Part shown: in pieces, positions 12,461 through 20,677 of the stretch
How the letters are laid out: every line of letters starts with the position of its first letter
Numbering within the stretch: the stretch's first letter is position 1
Source of the DNA: Gammaproteobacteria bacterium
GTDB taxonomy: Bacteria; Pseudomonadota; Gammaproteobacteria; Arenicellales; JAANXG01
Length of the DNA: 64,000 bases
Assembly (NCBI GenBank): GCA_024638505.1
Contig: JAHEKE010000002.1
Span: 31,006 to 95,005, forward strand
Direction of reading: 5' to 3'
Notes under the pieces: generated by a model
What the model saw: the letters and a program-made list of their open reading frames with translations, nothing else
What the model was told of the DNA's origin: nothing
Databases searched by the model: none
Program-made: the position numbers and the translations under genes

Positions 12461-14074
12461 GTGCATAATTCGCGGTCTGTGCAGCTGGTTGAGGAGAACT
12501 CCATTTTGAATAATGTGTTACAAAGGCGGCTCCGCCTGCTCGGCGAAAGTGGCCCGGAATCACTGCTGTGTGGAGGCAAAAAAGGAATTGAAAAAGAGAG
12601 TCTGCGTGTTACGCCGGATGGCAACATTGCGCAAACGCCGCACCCAATGGCTCTGGGTTCTGCTCTGACCCACCCCTTTATAACAACCGACTATTCGGAA
12701 GCACTGCTGGAGTTGATTACGCCACCATTAACGAGTACGCGAAAGGTGCGGGAGTGTCTGTCTCACATACATCAGTTTGTTTATGCAAACTTAAGCGATG
12801 AGATGCTTTGGGCGACCAGTATGCCCTGTTTGATCGCGGGAGAAAGCAGTATCCCGATCGCTTATTACGGTACGTCAAATGTGGGGAAGATGAAGCACGT
12901 GTATCGCCGCGGTTTAGCTTACCGCTATGGAAGATCCATGCAGGCAATTGCCGGTGTACATTTCAACTATTCTCTACCGCAAGATTTTTGGCCGCTGTTT
13001 AAACAGCTGGAGAAAGATGACCGTGAATTGCAGGATTTTATATCGGATTCCTATTTTGGTCTGATTAGGAATTTTCAACGTTTAGGCTGGTTGATTCCAT
13101 ACTTGTTCGGAGCATCGCCCGCGGTCTGTAAATCCTTTTTCATGGACGGCCCGGATTGGTTGCAGGAGTTCGATCCACACACCTACTTTAATCCCTATGC
13201 CACTTCTTTACGTATGAGCGATATTGGCTATAAAAATAAAGCGCAGGACAGTCTGAAAATCTCATATAACAACCTAGAGCAATACGTATGCGGGTTGACC
13301 CGGGCTATAGAGACGCCCTTATCTGAATATGAGGAAATAGGTGTGGTGGTTGATGGAGAGTATCGGCAGCTCAATCCTAACATTCTGCAAATAGAGAATG
13401 AGTACTACAGCTTCGTACGCCCAAAGCAGGTGGCCAAATCTGGGGAAAAACCTACGCTAGCGTTGAAGCGCAGAGGGGTGCAATATGTCGAGGTTCGCGC
13501 GCTAGACGTCGATCTTTTTGATCCGGTCGGCATAAACGAAAACCAGATTCGATTCATGGAGGTTTTTCTAATTTTCTGTCTGCTCAAGGAGAGCCCGCCG
13601 ATAAGCGCTGATGAGCAACGGGAAATCAACCAAAATCAGCAGACGGTCGCTTGCTGTGGGCGCACTCCGTCGCTCAAGTTGGCAAAAGATGGGTCATCAA
13701 TCAACCTGTTACAGTGGGCCAGAGAAATACACGCTGAGATGATGCCAATCGCTGAGTTGCTGGATCTGGCTGAAACCGAACGTGCTTACAGCAGAGCGGT
13801 CGAGGCCGAGCTGCCAGCAATAGAAGATTCAGAACTTACCCCCTCGGCCCGGGTTTTACGCGGAATGCGTGACAATAAGCAAACCTTTTTTCACTTTGCT
13901 ATGGAAATGTGTGAGCAGCACTGCCGGCAATATCAGCAAAGCAAAATGCCGCCTGAGCGGGCAGCTTTCTTTAGAAAAGAGGCGGAAGAGTCGAAAAAGC
14001 GCCAATGCGAAATCGAACGCGACGATAACATTTCATTCGAGCAGTATTTGCAGCAATATTTTGCGCAATCCTGA
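12461..14074 (+). CDS. gshA: glutamate--cysteine ligase
   Basis: GIEKESLRV..DG.IA.T.HP.ALGSALTHP.ITTDYSEALLELITPP aligns with E. coli GshA. The real start may be the TTG at 12506, which has GAGGAG 8 nt upstream. Confidence 0.93.
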   Translation: MHNSRSVQLVEENSILNNVLQRRLRLLGESGPESLLCGGKKGIEKESLRVTPDGNIAQTPHPMALGSALTHPFITTDYSEALLELITPPLTSTRKVRECLSHIHQFVYANLSDEMLWATSMPCLIAGESSIPIAYYGTSNVGKMKHVYRRGLAYRYGRSMQAIAGVHFNYSLPQDFWPLFKQLEKDDRELQDFISDSYFGLIRNFQRLGWLIPYLFGASPAVCKSFFMDGPDWLQEFDPHTYFNPYATSLRMSDIGYKNKAQDSLKISYNNLEQYVCGLTRAIETPLSEYEEIGVVVDGEYRQLNPNILQIENEYYSFVRPKQVAKSGEKPTLALKRRGVQYVEVRALDVDLFDPVGINENQIRFMEVFLIFCLLKESPPISADEQREINQNQQTVACCGRTPSLKLAKDGSSINLLQWAREIHAEMMPIAELLDLAETERAYSRAVEAELPAIEDSELTPSARVLRGMRDNKQTFFHFAMEMCEQHCRQYQQSKMPPERAAFFRKEAEESKKRQCEIERDDNISFEQYLQQYFAQS

Positions 14075-15335
14075 TCGAATAATTTCTGACAAGTTTGATG
14101 TAGCCGTCGTTGGCGCAGGCATTGTCGGCGCATCTATTGCGCTGTGGGTGCAGCAGGAGAGAAAAAAAGTTCTGCTGTTGGATGGCCAGGCGCCGGGTAG
14201 CGCTACCTCGTATGGCAATGCGTGCACCGTGGCTACCTACGCTTGTGTTCCAATAAACTCGCCAAGTATATTTCGACGACTACCTAAACTGATAGTCTCA
14301 ACTAGCAGTCCGCTGCGCATCGATTGGTGGTATGCATTATCTCATCTCCCCTGGCATCTTGCATTCTTGCGCAACTGCACCAATGCTAGGGTCAACGCAA
14401 TCAGCCACAATCTGGCGACGCTTCTGCAGCTGACTCATGCCGGGCTTGACCCACTGGTCAAGCTCAGTGGAGCCGGACATTGTTTTTCTGCGGAACAGGG
14501 CATTTACTACGTATTCAGCAGTGCGGATGGATATCGCGCTGCGCGAAAGGAAACTGAAGCGCGCCGCCGTTACGGATCAGCGATCACTGAGCTGAGTGAA
14601 GCGGAGTTTAAACAGCGCGAGCCCGGCGTGACCATGCCAATTTATCGCGTGCTGCTGTTTGAGGGCACGAAGTTTTTGCGTAATCCGAAAAAGCTGGTTG
14701 AGCACTATGTAGATCAACTTATCAGAGATGGCGGAACCTTCAGACAACAGCAGGTACTGGCGGTGTCTCCTGATGCTGGCGGGGTTAACGTTGAGCTAGA
14801 GAATAAAACCGTAATCAGGTGTGACAAGCTGGTCATCGCGGCAGGTGCCTGGTCTGGTGAGATATCAGGCTCAGGCGCAGAAAATCTGCCGCTGGATACC
14901 GAGCGGGGCTACCACATTCAGTTCAGTGATCTTGGTCACCTGCTCCGAAGTCCAGTGGCGTGGGTCGAAGGTGGGTTCTATGCAACGCCTATGGAACTCG
15001 GCTTACGTTTGGCCGGGACGGTTGAGCTGGCTGGATTACAAAATAAGCCCAACCAAGGTAGAGTCGATTATCTCATCCGATCAGCGCATAAAATGTTTGG
15101 CGCAATCGGAATGCCCGATGACACTTGGCTGGGGTTCCGGCCCACGTTTCCCGACGCGCTGCCGGTTATAGGTCCCTCTCCTCGGTCGGCGAACATTCTG
15201 TTCGCTTTTGGCCATCAGCATGTGGGAATAACCTTAGGCGGGGCCACCGGGAAGCTCATAGCTGATTTGGTCTCTAATCGACAGCCTGAGATCGATTTAA
15301 GCCCGTTCGGCGCAGAGCGATTCAACCGACACTGA
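14061..15335 (+). CDS. FAD-dependent oxidoreductase, DAO/DadA family
   Basis: The Rossmann motif FDVAVVGAGIVGAS lies about 12 codons after the TTG at 14061. C-terminal FGHQHVGITLG is typical of D-amino-acid-dehydrogenase-like enzymes. The ORF-track start at 13869 lies inside gshA and is rejected. Confidence 0.75.
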   Translation: MRNPDRIISDKFDVAVVGAGIVGASIALWVQQERKKVLLLDGQAPGSATSYGNACTVATYACVPINSPSIFRRLPKLIVSTSSPLRIDWWYALSHLPWHLAFLRNCTNARVNAISHNLATLLQLTHAGLDPLVKLSGAGHCFSAEQGIYYVFSSADGYRAARKETEARRRYGSAITELSEAEFKQREPGVTMPIYRVLLFEGTKFLRNPKKLVEHYVDQLIRDGGTFRQQQVLAVSPDAGGVNVELENKTVIRCDKLVIAAGAWSGEISGSGAENLPLDTERGYHIQFSDLGHLLRSPVAWVEGGFYATPMELGLRLAGTVELAGLQNKPNQGRVDYLIRSAHKMFGAIGMPDDTWLGFRPTFPDALPVIGPSPRSANILFAFGHQHVGITLGGATGKLIADLVSNRQPEIDLSPFGAERFNRH

Positions 15336-15407
15336 CGGCGCAACAGGTCGACCACCAGAGGTCCCGGTGCGGATCAGTACGCAGCTGTGGTCAGTGTCGC
15401 TCCGCGT

Positions 15408-15815
15408 TTAGTCTGTGTATTCTATCAGTGCCAGACGAAACTTAGCTTCATGCAGATTGGAACCGGTTTCCGCTTCTACCTGCTGCAGTATGGCCTGGAT
15501 AAACTTTTTAACCGTGGCCCTGCTTGATGCCTGCGTTGCGAAACTAATCACTTCATTTAGCAGCTCTCGGTAAACCAGCCAGTCCACTGGGATGTCTAGA
15601 CCGCGCAGGTCGTTCGTATACATCCGTATCGGGTAACCTTTACTTTGCGCGACGTCGTTGAACGCTGTTTCAAGCTGATCCCCCAGCGCCACTCCACCCG
15701 CCTGCTGCACCAAGAGATACAATCCTCTGGTCACATGTTGAAAGCAAAGTTTCAGCAGCACTTGCTGCTGCTGTTGTATGGTCGCGGCTTCTTTTACTTT
15801 TAAGATTGTTGACAC
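15408..15815 (-). CDS. hypothetical protein (135 aa)
   Basis: Clean ORF with a Q-rich N-terminus. I recognise no family. Confidence 0.4.
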   Translation of the reverse strand: MSTILKVKEAATIQQQQQVLLKLCFQHVTRGLYLLVQQAGGVALGDQLETAFNDVAQSKGYPIRMYTNDLRGLDIPVDWLVYRELLNEVISFATQASSRATVKKFIQAILQQVEAETGSNLHEAKFRLALIEYTD

Positions 15816-16183
15816 GTCAAACTGAAGCTACTTCTCAAACTAATGGTTACGCCGTGTTTTTTATATCGCGTTAAATTCTACTGAAATCCCGTATGCAATT
15901 GAAAGCTTCCTTAGATTTTAAAGCCGGATCCGGGCTCACCCCCTTGTTACTGCCGGATCTGGCACAACACACCGGGATTGACGCTGCGGTACGCATCTTG
16001 CAGCGCCTGAAGCGCCAGTGATCCGTAAGCCAGAACAGGTACGGCCAGGTAGGTAATCAGCCGTAGCGGATCCCAGCATGACTCGCCGGAGATTTTGTGC
16101 CCAACATCGCTTTATTCACCAGTTTTTGGAACGTTTTATGAATTCTTGCTGGCAGCAATAAGTTCAAGAAGGGGGAGTTCAAG

Positions 16184-16564
16184 CTACTTCTTTGTTTGCA
16201 GTAGTTGCTTTAAATCTGAGAAAGGTTTGTGCGTGGCGGGTTTGGGTGCTTTATCGGTGACGCCGAAATCAGCCGCTTCTCCGCGTATATGTTCGGTGTA
16301 TTTCTGATGTTCCCAGTCATGGCAATACAGGCAAAGATTCTCCCAGTTGCTGCCGTCGGGCGGATTGTTGTCGTGGTTGTGATCTTTATGATGCACGGTC
16401 AGCTCATGCAGGTTTTTTCGGGTGAATTCCCGGCCGCAGCGAGCACAGACCCAGGGAAAGAGGCGCAGAGCCTGCTCACGGTATTCTCCCATACGCTCAA
16501 CCGCGCGGCGCTGCGCTGCGGCGACGATTTGATCTAGTTTCTTGCTGTTCGGCGACTTGGGCAT
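16184..16564 (-). CDS. yajD: HNH nuclease-family protein YajD
   Basis: MPKSPNSKK...CARCG...LTVHHKDHNHDNNPPDGSNWENLCLYCHDWEH is the YajD-type HNH/zinc-ribbon pattern. The internal ATG at 16564 is used instead of the 175-aa ORF. Confidence 0.8.
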   Translation of the reverse strand: MPKSPNSKKLDQIVAAAQRRAVERMGEYREQALRLFPWVCARCGREFTRKNLHELTVHHKDHNHDNNPPDGSNWENLCLYCHDWEHQKYTEHIRGEAADFGVTDKAPKPATHKPFSDLKQLLQTKK

Positions 16565-16677
16565 GGCCCAATCATAGCAGGGAAGTCTGCAGCTAATCCC
16601 GCTTTCAGCAGCCTGATCCGTGCAGTTCCTATCGCGGCAGGAATCGGCTGCGGCGACAGCCCAGGCGGTAGGTGGGA

Positions 16678-16905
16678 TTAGCCGACTTCTTTTTGTGCGC
16701 GGTCGAACCACCCCACGTGGGGGTGCCCGCCTTCATGTTCGACACGAATTTCCATACCCAGCAGCCTGAGCATTTCTTCAGTCTGCACGCCAGCAAACTC
16801 CAACTTCAGACGCGCTAGATGCTGTGGATTCAGGAACAAGGTGTTGGGGGGGTAACCGTGTTCTTTCCGGAATGCTGATGTAATGCGGTAAATGTAGCTC
16901 AACAT
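16678..16905 (-). CDS. small hypothetical protein (75 aa), last gene of the kinase/enolase-like operon
   Basis: An ATG at 16905 gives MLSYIYRITSAFRKEHGYPPNTLFLNPQHLARLK.... It lies 66 nt downstream of the enolase-like stop on the same strand. No family recognised. Confidence 0.35.
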   Translation of the reverse strand: MLSYIYRITSAFRKEHGYPPNTLFLNPQHLARLKLEFAGVQTEEMLRLLGMEIRVEHEGGHPHVGWFDRAQKEVG

Positions 16906-16971
16906 CGTTGTTATCCTAAGCGGGGCCGATAGGGGTAAACATTCGCGTTTATAAATTAGCACCATATGGCA

Positions 16972-18285
16972 CTAGTTTCTTAAAAAAATCCTGTTTTTTA
17001 TTGGATTTTTTCCCATTAAGAAGACTTTTTTTCCAATGAACCTGGATTTTGCGTTTAGACATCGCTCGATGCGGATGAGTTCATTCCATTTGGCCATGCG
17101 TTCACTGCGTGCAAACGATCCCACTTTTAACTGACCGGCATTGGTGCCTACAGCCAAATGAGAAACAAACGTGTCCTCAGTTTCGCCGGAGCGCGCTGAA
17201 ATCACAGCGCGCCACCCGGCCTCCTGGGTGTGGTGGATTGCTTCTAGGGTTTCTGAAACCGTCCCTATCTGGTTAAGCTTAATCAGGACTGCGTTAGCCA
17301 GCGACTGCTGCACTCCTTTTTTTATGCGTGCGCTATTGGTAGTAAACAGATCATCGCCGATGACCTGGATTTGATCACCCAACTGGGCATATAGGGAACG
17401 CCAGCCGGCGGTATCAATATCAGCTAAAGGATCCTCCAGGGAGAGGATAGGATAATTACGGCACCATGCTGCTAATTCGTGAATAAACTCCTCACTGCTG
17501 AATGTTTTGCCCTCCAAGCCGAGCCGATAATGCTGACCATCATAGAGTTCGCTGGCTGCAACATCGAGCGCGATGGCAACGTCCCGACCAGGTCTATAAC
17601 CAGAGCGTTCGATGCATTCGCCTATAGCATCCAGTATCTGCGCATGGTTATCGAAAACCGGCCAGTAACCCCCTTCATCGGCCACACCACACAGCTTATG
17701 ATGCCGCCGCAGCCAGCGCCCCGTTGTGTGATACACATCGTGCGCCATTTGCAGGCACTCGCCATAGCTGTTCGCTCCGACGGTAATGATCAGGAAGTCC
17801 TGAATGTCGGTGCGCCAGGCAGTATGGGCGCCACCACCGAATATTTGGATCTGTGGCAGCGGTAAAATGTCGCCCTGTCCAGCACCCAGATATTCGTAAA
17901 GTGGAATTCGCTGGGTATTCGCTGCCGCACTCGCAACCCCCATCGAAACGGCGAGGATAGCGTTCGCCCCTAGATTCGACTTGTTGTCGGTGCCGTCCAG
18001 AGCAATCATTGCCTGGTCAATTTCTTTCTGTGCACAAACATTCTGACCGCAGACTGCCGGCGCCAGAATTTTCTCTATATTGTCGATCGCGTTAAACACT
18101 GAACGGCCACGCCATCTTTGGACATCGCCATCACGCAGCTCCAAAGCTTCGTAGCGGCCGGTTGACGCCCCGGCGGGGACCATGCCCCTGCCGCTTACCC
18201 CATTTTCAAGTTTGACCGTGCACTCAATTGTGGGATCTCCCCGTGAGTCATAGATTTGCAGCGCTGCCAAGCTTTTAATTTTCAT
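16972..18285 (-). CDS. enolase-family protein, divergent paralog
   Basis: Collinear with E. coli and yeast enolase: DSRGDPT, PAGASTG, ALELRDGD, LGANAIL, DEGG, ALDVAASE, SLEDP, IGDDL, LIKLNQIG, RSGETED, GQLKVGS.ARSER. It reads DIQDF instead of IQEF and SARSGETED instead of SHRSGETED. The genomic context is not pyrG-eno. Confidence 0.85.
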   Translation of the reverse strand: MKIKSLAALQIYDSRGDPTIECTVKLENGVSGRGMVPAGASTGRYEALELRDGDVQRWRGRSVFNAIDNIEKILAPAVCGQNVCAQKEIDQAMIALDGTDNKSNLGANAILAVSMGVASAAANTQRIPLYEYLGAGQGDILPLPQIQIFGGGAHTAWRTDIQDFLIITVGANSYGECLQMAHDVYHTTGRWLRRHHKLCGVADEGGYWPVFDNHAQILDAIGECIERSGYRPGRDVAIALDVAASELYDGQHYRLGLEGKTFSSEEFIHELAAWCRNYPILSLEDPLADIDTAGWRSLYAQLGDQIQVIGDDLFTTNSARIKKGVQQSLANAVLIKLNQIGTVSETLEAIHHTQEAGWRAVISARSGETEDTFVSHLAVGTNAGQLKVGSFARSERMAKWNELIRIERCLNAKSRFIGKKVFLMGKNPIKNRIFLRN

Positions 18286-19279
18286 GTTTGCTATCCAGAT
18301 ATTGTTCGCAAAGGGTGCAGATTGCGTTTAAAGTGGATATCTTTTGCGACAGCGAGGTGTACACAAAGGAACGTATCATCCTGCGCTCCACTTCATCCGT
18401 GATGTACTCAACCGGGGACTTTCCATCTATGCGCGCAAGCATTAACAGCACTAGCAATCTTACCGTTCGCTTTTCGATGTCGGGTGCGAGAGCATCGAAA
18501 CACTCACGGTAACTCTCCCACGCACTGGGCACCAATTGCACAAAAGGTTTGTGCCTGCCTCTATGTAGCATGGCTTTGAGCAGAAAATGATTGAACAGAA
18601 ACGCCAGATCGAAGGCAGGATCACCGTAACAAGCGACCTCGCAATCAAGCAGTATCATTTTGCCTCGGCTAAGCATGATGTTTTTCGGGCTGAAATCACC
18701 ATGGATCAGGCACACGCGACACTGCCTGAGCCTTCGCGCTTCCACCTGCAGCTCTCTGGCCAGTGCGGGATGCTTCAAAGCGGTGGTCAATAGGTAAGGT
18801 TCAATGCGAAGCGCGTAAAAGTTAGTCGAGGTATCGAAGCGCTTTGCCAGTGTTTTATCTCCCCACGTCCGGCTGTGTAGTGACCCCATAATGCGACCCG
18901 CATCATGCGCAGCCTCGGTGCTGACATTTCCCGACAGCAACATTGACTTCCAGTTTAAGTAGCCACCCAAATGCTCCATCACAAAGTAGTTCTGCTTTTC
19001 GTCGCAATAAAGTATTCGCGGCATGGCTTCGGGCAGAAACGTTGAGACCAGTCGTATAAAGTGTTGCTCGGTTCGGTTGCGGCCTACATCAACCTGCCAC
19101 AGATCCTTTACCCTCAGCTTTGGCAGCGCCTGTTTTACAACCATTCTCTTTCCGGACTGTTCGATCAAATAGATGTCAGACGACACGCCACCGCCTAATC
19201 GCTGGCAGGAGGTTTCTGTTTTATCGATTATGCCAGCCGCAATGAGTTCAGCTAGTATTGTTTTAATATTAACCGTCAT
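18275..19279 (-). CDS. MtnK-like (5-methylthioribose-kinase-related) APH-fold kinase
   Basis: 334 aa. LGGGVSSDIYLI...VVKQALPKLRV...W.V...R...E resembles the MtnK N-lobe. Catalytic LIHGDFSPKNIM and LLDCEVACYGDPAFDLAF are present. The stop overlaps the enolase-like start by 11 nt. Confidence 0.75.
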   Translation of the reverse strand: MTVNIKTILAELIAAGIIDKTETSCQRLGGGVSSDIYLIEQSGKRMVVKQALPKLRVKDLWQVDVGRNRTEQHFIRLVSTFLPEAMPRILYCDEKQNYFVMEHLGGYLNWKSMLLSGNVSTEAAHDAGRIMGSLHSRTWGDKTLAKRFDTSTNFYALRIEPYLLTTALKHPALARELQVEARRLRQCRVCLIHGDFSPKNIMLSRGKMILLDCEVACYGDPAFDLAFLFNHFLLKAMLHRGRHKPFVQLVPSAWESYRECFDALAPDIEKRTVRLLVLLMLARIDGKSPVEYITDEVERRMIRSFVYTSLSQKISTLNAICTLCEQYLDSKHEN

Positions 19280-19397
19280 AGTAACAGCTGCTGTTTAACG
19301 TATGCTCACCGTGCGCCCTGTGAGTGTAATTCTTCAGTAACAACCCGTACCAATCCTGTTAGACTAAATTAAAGCATGAGCAAGTCGAGCGGTAGAT

Positions 19398-20585
19398 TTG
19401 AAACGTTTTAGCAGTCCGGAATACTTTTTAATACTGTTAGCGGTCGCGTCCTCGCTGTCCTTCTCTGTCTGGCATGCCTTATTAAATAATTTTGCGGTTG
19501 AGCAGGCCGCGTTCACCGGGCGGGAGATAGGGATACTGCAGAGCCTGCGGGAAATACCGGGCTTTTTGGCGTTTACTGCGGTGTTCATATTATTGGTTAT
19601 TCGCGAGCAGCTGTTCGCGATAATGGCGGTGGGGCTCTCTGGGCTCGGCGTGGCTCTGACCGGGCTTCTGCCCAGTGAATACGGGCTGTATTTCACGACC
19701 GTGCTGATGTCCATTGGCTTTCATTACTACTACACGCTGCAACAATCGCTGACTTTACAATGGATAGAAAAAAGCCGCTCGCCTGTGGTTATGGGACGGC
19801 AATCCGCGGCTGAGTCAATCGCTGCTCTGGTTGCTTTCGCCAGCATATGGGTGGGAATGCAGTACTTCAGCCTCGAGTACCAACTAATGTATCTGGCAGC
19901 GGGTGGCATCGCCCTGCTGTTGGCGCTTATTGCATGGATGCTCTTTCCCGGATTCTCCCACAGCGTTCCGCAAAGAAAACATCTGTTTATGCGCCGGCGC
20001 TATTGGCTTTATTATGCGCTCACCTTCATGAGTGGCGCGCGCCGTCAGATATTCATTGTTTTCGCCGGTTTTTTAATGGTTGAGAAGTTTGGCTTTTCCG
20101 CTGCCAATATTGCTTTATTGTTTTTGTTGAACCATGTAATCAACGCGCTGTTGGCCCCGCGTATCGGGCGGTTCATTGTTCGCTTCGGTGAGCGTCTAGC
20201 ACTGACTCTGGAGTACGCCGGTCTTATTGTGGTGTTTGTTGCTTATGCCGTGGTCACTGTGGCCTGGCTGGCAGCGCTGCTGTATGTCTTAGATCATCTG
20301 CTGTTTGCCATGGCTATTGGGATCAAAAGTTATTTTCAGAAGATTGCAGATCCTGCGGATATGGCATCTACCGCTGGCGTATCATTTACAATTAACCATA
20401 TAGCCGCGGTGGTAATACCTGTGACCTTTGGGCTCATCTGGTTGCACTCTCCGGCCATCGTGTTTCTCGCCGGCGCCGCCATGGCTGTTGTGTCGTTACT
20501 GCTTGCACGGCTGGTTCCATTAGATCCAAAGGTTGGGAATGAAGTGTTCATCAACGGGACTCGCGCAATTCGCTCCAGGGCTTAA
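19398..20585 (+). CDS. MFS-type transporter
   Basis: 395 aa and highly hydrophobic, with about 11-12 predicted helices by eye. TTG start. Divergent from the kinase operon across 118 bp. Confidence 0.7.
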   Translation: MKRFSSPEYFLILLAVASSLSFSVWHALLNNFAVEQAAFTGREIGILQSLREIPGFLAFTAVFILLVIREQLFAIMAVGLSGLGVALTGLLPSEYGLYFTTVLMSIGFHYYYTLQQSLTLQWIEKSRSPVVMGRQSAAESIAALVAFASIWVGMQYFSLEYQLMYLAAGGIALLLALIAWMLFPGFSHSVPQRKHLFMRRRYWLYYALTFMSGARRQIFIVFAGFLMVEKFGFSAANIALLFLLNHVINALLAPRIGRFIVRFGERLALTLEYAGLIVVFVAYAVVTVAWLAALLYVLDHLLFAMAIGIKSYFQKIADPADMASTAGVSFTINHIAAVVIPVTFGLIWLHSPAIVFLAGAAMAVVSLLLARLVPLDPKVGNEVFINGTRAIRSRA

Positions 20586-20677
20586 GGTTAGCCAGTATGG
20601 ATTTCATCGAAACTGATTTCGATGTGATGGCCATCGGCATTATGCAGTTGAATCTGGGTGATTAATCGCCGCTACGA

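Noticed and set aside
13869-14060. The N-terminal 64 codons of track ORF 13869-15335.
   Set aside because: They overlap the conserved C-terminus of gshA in another frame. The flavoprotein's GxGxxG motif begins just after the TTG at 14061, so the gene is shortened to start there.
16565-16965. Long N-terminal extensions of the yajD ORF (to 16711) and of the small ORF (to 16965).
   Set aside because: The YajD family begins at MPKSP.... The extensions are Arg/Cys-rich, overlap each other's coding space, and lack ribosome-binding sites.
16983-17011. An AT-rich hairpin (AAAAAATCC ... GGATTTTTT) and several A/T homopolymer runs inside the last ~20 codons of the enolase-like gene. They could indicate a terminator being read through as a C-terminal extension.
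   Set aside because: The stem is almost entirely A/T and would be weak. I cannot tell from sequence alone whether the 10-aa longer tail is real. It is noted only as a caveat on the 3' end.
17638-17640. I first thought the catalytic acid Glu of enolase was replaced by Gln (AQIL versus E. coli NAEAL).
   Set aside because: Recounting the E. coli and yeast numbering shows the catalytic Glu (E209 E. coli / E211 yeast) is the one in GDEGG. It is conserved here (ADEGG, E204). The NAEAL Glu is not a catalytic residue, so this claim was dropped.
20605-20624. A perfect hairpin, CATCGAAA-CTGA-TTTCGATG, between the convergent MFS and rarA genes, considered as a bidirectional terminator.
   Set aside because: There is no U-tract on either strand and the stem is short and AT-rich. 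The evidence is insufficient to call a terminator.
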